A stretch of DNA of 64,000 bases from an uncultured virus (IMG/VR IMGVR_UViG_3300033074_000309) (Duplodnaviria > Heunggongvirae > Uroviricota > Caudoviricetes), in IMG/VR virus record IMGVR_UViG_3300033074_000309. One strand, written 5' to 3'. Shown here one piece after another: positions 28,838 to 39,490 of this stretch. A program made the position numbers and the translations under genes. A model generated the notes under the pieces. It had not been told where the DNA came from. It saw nothing but the letters and a program-made list of their open reading frames with translations, and searched no databases. Each line of letters opens with the position of its first letter. Position 1 is the first letter of the stretch.

Positions 28838-29539
28838 ATGAATAAATCATTTAAACAAAAATCAGGAATATATAAAATAACGAATCTTATAAACAATAAA
28901 ATTTATATCGGTAGTTCTATTAATGTAAGTGTTAGAATTTCTCAACATAAATTACAATTAAAAAATAAAAAACATCATAATAAATATTTACAAAGTTCTG
29001 TAAATAAATATGGTATAGAAAATTTTGAATATTCAATATTAGAATATTGTAATGAAAATGAACTTTTAGAAAGGGAAGAATATTATATTAATTATTATAA
29101 TTCAAATAATAATAATTTTGGATATAATATTGAGTCTTTTATTAATGGTAGAAAAAGACATTCTGAAGAAACTAAAAAGAAAATTGGAATTAAAAATACT
29201 GGAAAAAGTAGAATTTTTACTAATGAATGGAAAGAAAATATATCAAAAAGCATTAAAGGAAGAGTAAATAGCAAAGAACATAATAAAAACATAAGAAAAT
29301 CTAAATTGGGTAAAAAAAGAGAACCATTTAGTGATAATTGGATAGATAATTTGAGAAAATCTCATATAAAATATTCAATTACAATTATGTTAAATAATAA
29401 TATAATTAAAGAAAATTTAACAGCACGAGAATGTGCAGATTTTCTAAACGTTCAAGTTAGAACAATATATCAAGCATTAAAATTTAATTATAAATGCAAT
29501 GGATATAATATATTAGATAAGCAATTAACATTATTTTAA
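28838..29539 (+). CDS. GIY-YIG/NUMOD3 homing endonuclease
   Basis: SGIYKITN.IN.KIYIGSS; HSEETKKKI. Confidence 0.9.
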   Translation: MNKSFKQKSGIYKITNLINNKIYIGSSINVSVRISQHKLQLKNKKHHNKYLQSSVNKYGIENFEYSILEYCNENELLEREEYYINYYNSNNNNFGYNIESFINGRKRHSEETKKKIGIKNTGKSRIFTNEWKENISKSIKGRVNSKEHNKNIRKSKLGKKREPFSDNWIDNLRKSHIKYSITIMLNNNIIKENLTARECADFLNVQVRTIYQALKFNYKCNGYNILDKQLTLF

Positions 29540-29540
29540 A

Positions 29541-31187
29541 ATGAGATTAAAACAAAGAATACCTACATATATTGTAGGACAAACAGTTACTATTCTCGAT
29601 AATCTTGAAAATAGAACAACAGATAATGTATCTGATGCAGGAATTGGTGATTTTGGTTTAATAAATCCAATGTCAAGTTATCAAGGAATACTTGCATGTA
29701 TACAATCAATTGATAGTAATGGTTTTTATAGAATAGATCTTGATGGAAGATCTTGGAGTTGGAGTCCTAATATGTTTAAAGAATCTTATGATTTTGAACC
29801 TACTTTATTATCACCTGTACCTATTTATGCTAGAGGACAAGTTGTTAGAATTCATAATAATTTAAATTTAAGAAGAGCTTTTCATAATATCACAATTAAT
29901 GATGCTATGATTACTTTACAAGGAGAATTAGCTAGAATAGATAGAATTATAATTAATGATACAAATCCTTCAAGAATTGTATATAGATTAGCTTTTTTTA
30001 ATGGTAGAGGAAATAGTTATAATTGGACAGCTAGTTGTTTTAGCCAATCATATTCTACTGAAAATTTAGTAGCTCAAATTGATGAAGAATTAAATAAACA
30101 ATCTAAAAATAAAGAAATGAAAGAAGACTTTTCAATTGATGATTTAAAAGAAGGAATGTATATATTTCATGATTCTTATTGTTCAGGAAATAATAGACAT
30201 ATATTAGCAATGATTGCTAAGATAACTAATGATAGATTAGATCTTAGATATATTCATAAATCTAATATACGTGATTATCAAATGCAACATAATTTAAATT
30301 CTATTGATGAAGAAGAAATTATAAAAATTTTACATTCAGGTTATAGTTCAAGTTTAACTTATACTGCTTCTTTCTATAAACGTGGAACTATGCAATTTAT
30401 TGCAGATAATATATTTATTCCAAATGATGAAGAATTAAAATTATTATTTAATTTATCAAATGAAAAATTCTTTAAAGAAGATCTAAAAGAAGGAATGTTA
30501 CCAACACCTGATTTATTTAAAGAATCTAAATTCAAATTAAAAAAAGTAGATATTTTAACTAAAACTGAAAGATTAAAAGATGCTTTTGCATTTCATATTA
30601 AAGATAATATTTATGTTCAAAATGTAAGTTTTGGTAAATATAAAACTATTAAATCTGATAAAACTACTAAGGCTATAACTATTACTAAAAAAGATTATAA
30701 AGATATTTTAGTTAAATTTAGTGCTGTTAAAATAACAAATTTTGAAGATTCTGCAATGATTTTTGGTCATAAGACTAGAAAAGAAGCAATGTTTAAATCT
30801 TTAAAAGCTGATGGTAAATCAAAAAATATCTTTAAAATTCATAATGTAATATTTAATTATGAAAAAAAAGGTAAATTTTATCATGTATTAGAAATTAATG
30901 ATGGTACTTTAAATCTTAAATTTATATTATCAGATTTAGAATTACTATTACCAAATGTTAATAACTATGTTTTACCAAAAGAACGTGAAATTAAAACTGA
31001 AACATTTTGTAAAGTAACTAGAGATAAACTTTTACCTGTTAAAAAAGGTGAAAAAGTTAAAGTGGTTAAAATGTTTAATCGTCATGTACCAGTTAAAGGT
31101 ACTTATGATAAAAATACAATATGTATTGTAGTAGATAATAACAATAAACAATTTGAGTGTAAAGCTCATCAATTAAAACGTGTATAA
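29541..31187 (+). CDS. Hypothetical protein with repeated SH3/KOW-like N-terminal modules
   Basis: Two Y..GQ.V.I..NL..R...W....F..SY repeats. Confidence 0.55.
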   Translation: MRLKQRIPTYIVGQTVTILDNLENRTTDNVSDAGIGDFGLINPMSSYQGILACIQSIDSNGFYRIDLDGRSWSWSPNMFKESYDFEPTLLSPVPIYARGQVVRIHNNLNLRRAFHNITINDAMITLQGELARIDRIIINDTNPSRIVYRLAFFNGRGNSYNWTASCFSQSYSTENLVAQIDEELNKQSKNKEMKEDFSIDDLKEGMYIFHDSYCSGNNRHILAMIAKITNDRLDLRYIHKSNIRDYQMQHNLNSIDEEEIIKILHSGYSSSLTYTASFYKRGTMQFIADNIFIPNDEELKLLFNLSNEKFFKEDLKEGMLPTPDLFKESKFKLKKVDILTKTERLKDAFAFHIKDNIYVQNVSFGKYKTIKSDKTTKAITITKKDYKDILVKFSAVKITNFEDSAMIFGHKTRKEAMFKSLKADGKSKNIFKIHNVIFNYEKKGKFYHVLEINDGTLNLKFILSDLELLLPNVNNYVLPKEREIKTETFCKVTRDKLLPVKKGEKVKVVKMFNRHVPVKGTYDKNTICIVVDNNNKQFECKAHQLKRV

Positions 31188-31189
31188 AT

Positions 31190-32134
31190 ATGTTAACTCT
31201 TAAAAAGAAACCAGTAAAAAAAGCTGTAAAACAAGTTCCTGTTAAAAAAGTAGCTGTTAAAAAAGTATTTACTTCATTTAAACCACAAGTTAGAAGTAGA
31301 CATCCCTCACATAAATGGTTAAGAGAAAACTTACCTTTATTTCCATTTAGAAGCATTATACGCTTAGGTAGTACTATGACCTTACAAGAAGCTTATCCAA
31401 GTAAAACAAGTGATCAATTAGCTCGTATTAAAGAAATAAACAGTGTTCAAGGAGTTAAAAATTCTTCTAGTAAACTATTAATGAAACAATGTTTTACTAG
31501 AGCAAAAGTTAAAACTGCTCAATGGTGGACATGTACTGATTTTACTAGACAAGGTGGAACATTTGAATTTTATGAAGAAGGATTAGAAAGAGATGATACT
31601 CAAAAAACTAATACTTTATCATATCCAATTATTGCTAAATCACATTATGGTTCACGTGGTGAAGGTAATACTTTAATTAATAGTCAACAAGAATTAGAAA
31701 CTTGGTTAAGAGGTAAAACACTTAGTAATTACATCTTTGAAAGATATTATACTTATACAAGAGAATATCGTTTACATGTAACTAAAAATGGTTGTTTCTA
31801 CACTTGTCGTAAAATGCTTAAACGTGATACACCTGATGATAAAAAGTTTCAACGTCACGATGATAACTGTGTTTGGATAATGGATACTAATCCAGCATTT
31901 GATAAACCAGTTAATTGGAAAGAAATTGAAGCTGATTGTGTAAAAGCATTAAAATCATTAGGACTTGATATTGCAGGATTTGATGTTAAAGTACAATCTG
32001 CTAAAGATGCTAAAGGTAAAACTAGAGCAACTTGTGATTGGATTGTTATTGAGTCAGGTAGTGCATGTTCACATGGTGAAGTAACTAAAGTAAAATATCG
32101 TGAAGAAATTATTAAATTATTAAAGAATGAGTAA
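31190..32134 (+). CDS. ATP-grasp (RimK-like) ligase
   Basis: YPIIAK..YGSRGEG, E.Y....REYRLHV, ALK.LGLD.AG.DV, IE...A. Confidence 0.8.
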   Translation: MLTLKKKPVKKAVKQVPVKKVAVKKVFTSFKPQVRSRHPSHKWLRENLPLFPFRSIIRLGSTMTLQEAYPSKTSDQLARIKEINSVQGVKNSSSKLLMKQCFTRAKVKTAQWWTCTDFTRQGGTFEFYEEGLERDDTQKTNTLSYPIIAKSHYGSRGEGNTLINSQQELETWLRGKTLSNYIFERYYTYTREYRLHVTKNGCFYTCRKMLKRDTPDDKKFQRHDDNCVWIMDTNPAFDKPVNWKEIEADCVKALKSLGLDIAGFDVKVQSAKDAKGKTRATCDWIVIESGSACSHGEVTKVKYREEIIKLLKNE

Positions 32135-32744
32135 ATACAGTGATTTTCATAGAATTTCTAATAAAGAACTTGAAATATTAAAATATAATAAAAGATTTGA
32201 AAAAATAGATAAAAAAGATGCTATATTGAAAGTACTTAATTATTATCAACCACAACTTAATAAATTAACAGAACGTTTAGAAAAAAAAGTATCTAAATGG
32301 GAAGTTGATTTTGAAGAAAATGTTTATAATAATTTTCCACATATATTAGCAGTTTATATATCTAATAATGTTTGTAGTTTTCATCTAAATGAACAATTCT
32401 CTAATTGTGGTATTTTAGTATCATCTAAAACTTATTCTTATCATGCTAATTTAGGAATTGGTAGCTTATTACAATGTATTAAAGAAGATATAGCTTATGT
32501 ATTTGGATATTCATTTTTATCATATACCGATGCTATTTGGACTAATAGAGAGAAAACTAACACTAAATTAATACTTAATACAGGTGCTAAAGAAATCTTT
32601 AGAGGACATAATACCAGAAGTAGTAATATGATAGCTATATGGATTAAAGATCTTCATGCTTATTATAAAGAGAGAAAAGTAACAGAATTAACTGAACAAA
32701 CAGTAGTAGAAACAGAAACAGTAGTAGAAACAAAAGAATTATAA
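32127..32744 (+). CDS. Putative GNAT-like protein
   Basis: NLGIGSLL (acetyl-CoA loop-like), A...GY..L, N.RS.N.I.IW.KDL. Confidence 0.4.
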   Translation: MSKYSDFHRISNKELEILKYNKRFEKIDKKDAILKVLNYYQPQLNKLTERLEKKVSKWEVDFEENVYNNFPHILAVYISNNVCSFHLNEQFSNCGILVSSKTYSYHANLGIGSLLQCIKEDIAYVFGYSFLSYTDAIWTNREKTNTKLILNTGAKEIFRGHNTRSSNMIAIWIKDLHAYYKERKVTELTEQTVVETETVVETKEL

Positions 32745-32746
32745 AT

Positions 32747-33880
32747 ATGAAAAACAGAATTATTTTATCCGCAGTAATGTTAGGGTCAGACCCTGAGATT
32801 TTATTATTTTCACCTTCAGAAAATAGACATGTAACAGGAATTGGTTTAATTGGTGGTACTAAGGAAAAACCTACACCAATTACCAATGATGGACATTTTA
32901 TTCAAGAAGATGGGGTTGCTGCTGAATTCAATATTCCACCATGTAAAACAGCTGAAGAATATATTAAGAATATTAATTTTGTAAAAAATTATATTCAAGA
33001 TACTATTTGTACACCTAAAGGATTAATATTAAGTAAAGAAGCTAGTGCTATATTTACTGATTCACAATTAGCATTTAAACAAGCTCAAGAAATTGGTTGT
33101 ACACCAGATATTGATGCTTGGCAGTTAATTATGAATAGTCCTGAAGGTTATACAAGTAATTTAAGAGCTGTAGGTAAAATTGGCTGCCTCCTTACTAAGT
33201 AATTAGTATTGCAAATTGAGTAAAAACGGTGAACAAATGTTAAATTTGATAAATATTTTGAATACCGTGCTAAGACAACAGATAATACTGTTGGACAGTG
33301 TAACGCATAGAAGATGAACCTCTTAATTGAGAATATAATTCTTCCAAGAGTACTCAGATCCTAACTATAGTCTATAGTGGATTAAAATATATGCTGAACT
33401 ATAAGAAGTTAACAGTACTTATAGAACTAAAGGATAAAAAGCCTTTAGGATAACAGGATGGGCCACATCCATGTAGGATATAATAACCCTGATGATAAAA
33501 CATCATTTGAAATAGCTAAAGCTATGGATTTATTCTTAGGAGTAGGTTCAGTATTATTAGATAAAGATACTCAACGACGTTCTTTATATGGTAAAGCAGG
33601 GGCTATGCGTCTAAAATCTTTTGGTATGGAATACCGTACTTTAAGTAATTTTTGGATATTTGATGATAAATTAATTTCATGGGTATTTAATAATACATTA
33701 AAAGCTTTAGAGTTTATTAACGCTGAAGGAATAATTACTAACCCTGAAGATATTGTAAAATGTATTAATACATGTGATAAAGAATTAGCATTAGAAATTG
33801 TTGATGATTATCATATTGAAATACCTGAATTACAAGAATCTGAAGAACAAACAACAGTTGCATATGCAGGAACTAACTAA
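32747..33880 (+). CDS. phiEco32-like COOH-NH2 ligase type 2; spliced, exons 32747-33175 and 33461-33880 (282 aa)
   Basis: GSDPE, GLIGGTK..P, QED.V.AEFNIPP, GC.PD; LRAVG|GHIHVG restored on splicing; RR.LYGKAG..R, EYRTLSNFW. Confidence 0.88.
33176..33460 (+). mobile_element. Group I intron (no ORF, 285 nt)
   Basis: 5' exon ends in U, intron ends in G; guide TGGCTGCCT pairs both exons; AACGGTGAA/AATACCGTG core; P7-like GCATA/TATGC. Confidence 0.88.
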
Positions 33881-33969
33881 ATACTTTGATGAACTACCTG
33901 TAGATACAGATGTAGTAGCAAGTTAAATAAAAATTTGGAGTTTGTTGTTTTTATTTGTATATTTGTATT

Positions 33970-34494
33970 ATGAAAATATGTACAAAATGTAAAGAACAAA
34001 AAGAAATAAATGAATTTCATGTTTTTAAAAATAACAAAGATGGTTTAAGTAATAAATGTAAAAATTGTAAAAAAGAATATGATGTTAACTATAGAAAATC
34101 TGATAAAGTTCAGAATATGCAAAAATCTAAATCTTATAGAGATAGAAAAAGAGAATATAAAAAATATAGATTTAATACAGATTTAAGAATACAAATGTTA
34201 CATTCTGCTAAATCAAGAGCTAAAAAGTTAAATTTAGATTTTAATATTGATATAGAAGATATAATAATACCTGAATATTGTCCTATATTAGGAATTAAAT
34301 TAGAAAGAAAAGAATATGGTAAAGGACTAAGTTTCCAACCTAATTCTCCAAGTCTTGATAAGATAATTCCAGAATTAGGATATACTAAAGGTAATATAAT
34401 AGTATTATCAATGAAAGCTAATGTTATGAAAAACAATGCTACAAAAGAAGAATTAAAACTATTTAGTAAAAATATAATGAAAATTTTTAATTAA
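33970..34494 (+). CDS. Free-standing HNH-type endonuclease
   Basis: C..C zinc fingers; AK.RAK....F.I..EDI.IP..CPILG; SPSLDKI.PELGY.KGN. Confidence 0.85.
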   Translation: MKICTKCKEQKEINEFHVFKNNKDGLSNKCKNCKKEYDVNYRKSDKVQNMQKSKSYRDRKREYKKYRFNTDLRIQMLHSAKSRAKKLNLDFNIDIEDIIIPEYCPILGIKLERKEYGKGLSFQPNSPSLDKIIPELGYTKGNIIVLSMKANVMKNNATKEELKLFSKNIMKIFN

Positions 34495-34511
34495 CATAAA
34501 TAAACATAAAT

Positions 34512-36161
34512 ATGATATTATTCAATGCACTTTGTGCAATAACTTTATGGAACCTAATAAGTTCCATTTTTTATTTAAAAAATAAACCAAAAAAATTAAC
34601 ATTATATTGTGGATTAATAGGTTACAGTGGTAAAAAGAATTTTAACAAAGATAAAATAAATCTTGTTATGCTTTGGAATTCTTTTGAAAGAGGTAGAGAT
34701 TCAACTGGAATCTATAGCCCTAAAAACAATTTGATTAAAGAAGCAGATCCTGCTGCTAAATTTCTAAGAGCTAAACCATTTGAAGAAGATAAGTTTCTTA
34801 TAGCTCATGTTAGAGCTAAAACTATTGGTGCAAATATTGCTAAAAATGCTCACCCTTTTATGGAGGGTAATTATGTTTTAGCACACAATGGTACATTAAA
34901 AAACCATTGGGCTTTACTTAGAAAAAATGATTTAAGTTATGCTACACATGATGTTGATAGTCATGTTATTTGTAGTATTATAAATAAAGAAAAAAACTTT
35001 AATGTTTTATCTGAAATTGATGGTGCAGCAGCATTATTAATTAATGATACAGAAAAACCTGATATTCTATATGTATTTAGAAATGGTGAAAGACCATTAT
35101 TTAAAGGTTTATTAGATGGTGGAATGTATATTTCATCATTAAAAGAACCTTTAGAACTAATAGGATGTAAGAATATTAAGGAATTTAAAGAAAATTATCT
35201 TTATACTATTAAGGATGGTATGATTCAAGGTACTGCTAAGAAAATTGTAAACAAACCTTATTCATCACCTATTACTCCTTCTACTAATACTCCAGTACCA
35301 ATTAATAATTGGCTTAATAGAAAATATTTAGGATATAATACTCCTGATGCTAAAGACTTATTTAATATTTATTTAGAATTTGATCGTCGTAATAACTATA
35401 GATTTAATGATAGTGATTTAACTGAAGGTAAAGAGTATTTAGTACTTGGAGTAATACCTGAAGAAAATTCTGTTGAAGTAGAAAATGACTTTGGAGTTAG
35501 ACGTAAAGTTAACGCTTACAAATTTAATAGATCTGATGGTTATTTTACTAAAGATGATTATGTTAAAACAAGAGTTAAATTAGTAGTAACAGGTAATGAA
35601 TCAAAAGTTGCTTTTGAAGAAGAAACTAATGGTTATATTATCAAAGATTATGGTAATGGTACTGTTAATGTTTTAAATTTGGAAACAAATAAGAAATACG
35701 ATGTACTTAAATCACAATTAAAACGATTAGATGATTTAGAATTAGAAGCATTAGGTCATAATTCAGTTGGTGATTTATTCTCAAATACAAATTTCTTAGT
35801 TCAAAATCCAATGATTCCTCAAATTCCACAATCTAATAATACTGATGGGGATAATGAATTAAATTTTGAAGAGTATTATAATCGTGGAGAATATGAAGAG
35901 GAATCATTTAAAAATGAAGATGATTTAGAAGTTGAAAGTGAAGAAGAGGAAGAAGATGAATCATTTTATGATTTAAATGTTAACGAAGAAATTTTAATTA
36001 ATGATTTAGACAATATTAATATTGCAGCTAAAGATTTAGTAGATTATGTTACTCCATTAATTACTTCAGAAAATCTTAGTATTTTTAAAGCTAAAACTAT
36101 TGAGTTAGATCAAACAATTGGTGAATGTTTAAATAAATATCATGTAACAAAAATAGAATAA
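34512..36161 (+). CDS. Class II (Ntn) glutamine amidotransferase with an N-terminal extension
   Basis: CGLIG, RGRDSTG, AHVRAKT.G, NAHPF, HNGTL, VDS; acidic C-terminus. Confidence 0.85.
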   Translation: MILFNALCAITLWNLISSIFYLKNKPKKLTLYCGLIGYSGKKNFNKDKINLVMLWNSFERGRDSTGIYSPKNNLIKEADPAAKFLRAKPFEEDKFLIAHVRAKTIGANIAKNAHPFMEGNYVLAHNGTLKNHWALLRKNDLSYATHDVDSHVICSIINKEKNFNVLSEIDGAAALLINDTEKPDILYVFRNGERPLFKGLLDGGMYISSLKEPLELIGCKNIKEFKENYLYTIKDGMIQGTAKKIVNKPYSSPITPSTNTPVPINNWLNRKYLGYNTPDAKDLFNIYLEFDRRNNYRFNDSDLTEGKEYLVLGVIPEENSVEVENDFGVRRKVNAYKFNRSDGYFTKDDYVKTRVKLVVTGNESKVAFEEETNGYIIKDYGNGTVNVLNLETNKKYDVLKSQLKRLDDLELEALGHNSVGDLFSNTNFLVQNPMIPQIPQSNNTDGDNELNFEEYYNRGEYEEESFKNEDDLEVESEEEEEDESFYDLNVNEEILINDLDNINIAAKDLVDYVTPLITSENLSIFKAKTIELDQTIGECLNKYHVTKIE

Positions 36162-36162
36162 A

Positions 36163-37944
36163 ATGCCAACAAATAATAATAATAATACAAGGCCATTTCA
36201 AAATTTATGGAGAATAGGTACAGATCCTATTACTCCAGAAGAAGTAAATAGTCTTACTGATCCAGAAGGAGAATTACCTGAAGATCTTACTTTTAATGGA
36301 GATCCTCCTGGAGAAGGAAATAATGCAGTATCTAATGAACCTTTTGAAGCTCTATCATCTTCAAGACCATCTCTTACCATTTGGGAACAACAATTAGAAA
36401 GAGCTGATAGCTCATTATCAGAAAGACTAGCATCTAGAAGAATATCGATAATTTCTGGTGGATTATCAAGTACCGATACTTCTTTTGGTGAAGAAGCAAC
36501 TTTTAAACAACCTGAAATAGATCCTGAAAAATTAGTATCTTTACAAAATGGTGATATAGCTAAATATAAGGATGTAGTAATGATTAATTATCAGTATTAT
36601 CTTAAAACAGATAATAATATTGTTCCTGATTATTTTAGACCTGAAGAGTATATTCATAAGAATAATTCTACAAGATTAAATGTTGAATTTGATAATGAAG
36701 GTTTAGTTAAAAATAAATCTTATGCTTATTATAATCCTAGAGGAATTAGAGCTAATTCTATTATAACAATTGAAGATAGTAGAGATCAATATTTAACAGA
36801 TTATAATATATTACCTAAAGATAGTTATGTAGAATGTATTAAAACTAATATTTTCTATCATAAAACAGTATCATACAAAGCTGTTTTAAATAAACAACTT
36901 AAAATTAAAGCTCGTAAAGCTAATTGTATATATAAACCAAGTTATAATAAAGCAAATCTTGCAAAAGATTATGCTATGGGTGTATTATCACCTAGTTTTG
37001 TTAAAACTGAAGGTAAACGTTATACATTTGGTTTAGAAATGGAAACTATTAGTGGTATTATTCCTCAATATATGGATTCTGATTTAAATTACTTATCTAT
37101 TAGAGATGGTAGTTTAAGAGATGAAAATGGTGAAGAATATGGACATGAGTATGTTACTGGAGTATTAGTTGGTGATACTGGTATGCTACAATCTAAAAAA
37201 CTATGTAATGCTTTAACAAGCCGTTGTATGGTTAATAGAAAGTGTGGTTTACATATGCATACAGGTGGTATTAAATTTAACAATGAGTTGATAGTTTATT
37301 TATATAAATTATCATTATTAGTTGAAAAAGAGATTTTTAGTATGATGCCAGTTTCTCGTAGAGAAAATGAATATTGTAAGAAACTAAAACCTTTTAAATT
37401 CAATTTCTCAGAAGAAGATTTAAATAATCCAAACAGATATAATGCTCTAATTGAAGAGTATTATACTCAAATTTACAAATTCATTGCTACAAGTGAACAC
37501 TTACCAAGTGCAAAGTTTAATAAAAAATCTCAACATCCTATGGGAGCTAAATGTGGTTATAATCACAGTACCGCTAGATATTGTTGGATGAACTTTGTAC
37601 CTACTATCTTTGATACTAGAGATAATGGACAATATACTATTGAGAATCGTATACATCAAGGTACAACTAACTTTACAAAAGTTAAAAATTGGATTTTGAT
37701 TAATATGGGTTTAATTTGGTATGCTGAAAATTATGGTAAAGAAATAGCTTTAGCAACTGGATCAATATCTTTAAAATATATCATGAAGTTAGCATATCCT
37801 AAATCTCATAAAGAGATTAATGATTATATTGATTTAAGAAGCACTAAATTCAATTGTGAAGATAGTGAAAAAAATAAACAAAATGAACTTAATGATTACT
37901 CTGAAGTAGTTGAGAGTAATGATTTAACCTTTAAAAATTTATAA
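36163..37944 (+). CDS. Putative amidoligase (COOH-NH2 ligase, Amidoligase_2-like)
   Basis: TFGLEMET, RDGSL, EYVT, CGLHMH, RY...N, TIE.RIHQGT.NF.K. Confidence 0.85.
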   Translation: MPTNNNNNTRPFQNLWRIGTDPITPEEVNSLTDPEGELPEDLTFNGDPPGEGNNAVSNEPFEALSSSRPSLTIWEQQLERADSSLSERLASRRISIISGGLSSTDTSFGEEATFKQPEIDPEKLVSLQNGDIAKYKDVVMINYQYYLKTDNNIVPDYFRPEEYIHKNNSTRLNVEFDNEGLVKNKSYAYYNPRGIRANSIITIEDSRDQYLTDYNILPKDSYVECIKTNIFYHKTVSYKAVLNKQLKIKARKANCIYKPSYNKANLAKDYAMGVLSPSFVKTEGKRYTFGLEMETISGIIPQYMDSDLNYLSIRDGSLRDENGEEYGHEYVTGVLVGDTGMLQSKKLCNALTSRCMVNRKCGLHMHTGGIKFNNELIVYLYKLSLLVEKEIFSMMPVSRRENEYCKKLKPFKFNFSEEDLNNPNRYNALIEEYYTQIYKFIATSEHLPSAKFNKKSQHPMGAKCGYNHSTARYCWMNFVPTIFDTRDNGQYTIENRIHQGTTNFTKVKNWILINMGLIWYAENYGKEIALATGSISLKYIMKLAYPKSHKEINDYIDLRSTKFNCEDSEKNKQNELNDYSEVVESNDLTFKNL

Positions 37945-37948
37945 AAAT

Positions 37949-39268
37949 ATGTGTTTAATATCTGTGTGTCCAAAAGGCACACCAAAATATACTGATGAAG
38001 TTAAAGAATTTATTCAAAATGGATTTAATTCTAACAAAGATGGTTCTGGTTTTATGTACAAAAAGGAAGGAGAGTACTTTGTACATGTAGAAAAAGGATT
38101 CTTTAAATTTGATGAATTAATGGTTGCTATTGAAAAAGCAAATTTAAAAGATGAAGATGAATTAGTAATTCACCATAGAATTGGTACTTCAGGTAAAGTT
38201 TCTAAAGAAAATACACATCCTTTTGTAATTTCACATGTTCATGAAACAGTTTGTTCTATATCAATTAAAACTAACAAAGCTTGTTTAGTACATAATGGTT
38301 ATTTTAGTGATATATATGAATATATGTCTAAGAATCCTGATTTTTCAGATACTTATGCTTTTACAAGATATATTATGCCAAATGTAATTGATTTCTATGT
38401 ACAAGAAACTAAAATGTTTAAAAAAGCATTTTTAGGAATTGTAGGTACTTCTAAAATTTGTGTATTATTTCCTTATCGTAATTTAGTTATGATGGGTAAT
38501 TTTACAGAAGATAATGGATATTTTCATTCAAATGGAGGTTATAAAAATTGGCGTCATAGAGATGTAGGAGGTGTTGAAGAAACAGCTTTTACAGTGGCTG
38601 GTGGGACTAATTCTGGAACCTTATCAGCAGTTGCGGTTGCAAGTAGAAAATTAACTCTTGCACAAGGTAAACAGCCAGTTGTATTAAATGCCCATGTAAT
38701 TGATATTAATAAATTTAATTATCATCATTTTGTTTATATGGCTAATAATTCTTATGATACAGAAGTATACAGTATACATAAATTTGATGATAGTGATGCA
38801 GTTACATTAGAAGATACAAATAGTTCACGTAAGATTTCTAAAATTATTACTAAAAAGTCTTTATATAGCTATTATTCATTTTATCCTAAAAAACAATATG
38901 AACCTTTTTATAATGAATATACAGTTTTATTAGCAAGATTAACACCTAGTAAAAATTCATTTAAGAAGATTTATCATATGTTGATGGGAAATAGAGTTTC
39001 TGATTTTGCAAATACTATACGTATAAATAAAATAGAAATTACTGTATTAACAGCAATTAACTATTATTTATCATGTGCTGAAAACTATATGAACGATGGT
39101 TCTCAATTTAGTAATGTGAAACCTGAAGAATTTTTAAAGAATTTAAGTAGAAATAGAGCTGCAAAAAGACTTAAAGAACTTAAAAATGTTTCTTCAGAAT
39201 CTACAGGTCAAGATGAAGAAAAAGGTATTCCAACTATAGCTGTAGCTGCAAATGCTTGTCCATGTTGA
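37949..39268 (+). CDS. Second class II glutamine amidotransferase
   Basis: MC start, N.DG.G, HHRIGTSG, NTHPF, HNG, SDT. Confidence 0.85.
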   Translation: MCLISVCPKGTPKYTDEVKEFIQNGFNSNKDGSGFMYKKEGEYFVHVEKGFFKFDELMVAIEKANLKDEDELVIHHRIGTSGKVSKENTHPFVISHVHETVCSISIKTNKACLVHNGYFSDIYEYMSKNPDFSDTYAFTRYIMPNVIDFYVQETKMFKKAFLGIVGTSKICVLFPYRNLVMMGNFTEDNGYFHSNGGYKNWRHRDVGGVEETAFTVAGGTNSGTLSAVAVASRKLTLAQGKQPVVLNAHVIDINKFNYHHFVYMANNSYDTEVYSIHKFDDSDAVTLEDTNSSRKISKIITKKSLYSYYSFYPKKQYEPFYNEYTVLLARLTPSKNSFKKIYHMLMGNRVSDFANTIRINKIEITVLTAINYYLSCAENYMNDGSQFSNVKPEEFLKNLSRNRAAKRLKELKNVSSESTGQDEEKGIPTIAVAANACPC

Positions 39269-39485
39269 ACACGAAGTAAAAAGAGAAGAAGATTTAGTTT
39301 ATTTAATAAATAAAATACCTAAATCTTTTTCCAACTTAAACAATTATCAAGAAATAATAAACGTTATTAAAGATATGTTTAATGTTACTGTTACACTAGA
39401 GCAGTTAGAAGAATATTATAGCCCTAATGCTAGTGAGATTGAAGAAGATTTAAGACTTCAATTTAAACATTTAGGTTATGCTTAA
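39252..39485 (+). CDS. Hypothetical protein
   Basis: Coupled ORF. Confidence 0.45.
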   Translation: MLVHVEHEVKREEDLVYLINKIPKSFSNLNNYQEIINVIKDMFNVTVTLEQLEEYYSPNASEIEEDLRLQFKHLGYA

Positions 39486-39490
39486 CAACA

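Noticed and set aside
33864..33926. 20-codon ORF MQELTKYFDELPVDTDVVAS as a precursor peptide for the ligase cluster
   Set aside because: Too short to support; it overlaps the ligase end and could be a scar of the HNH insertion.
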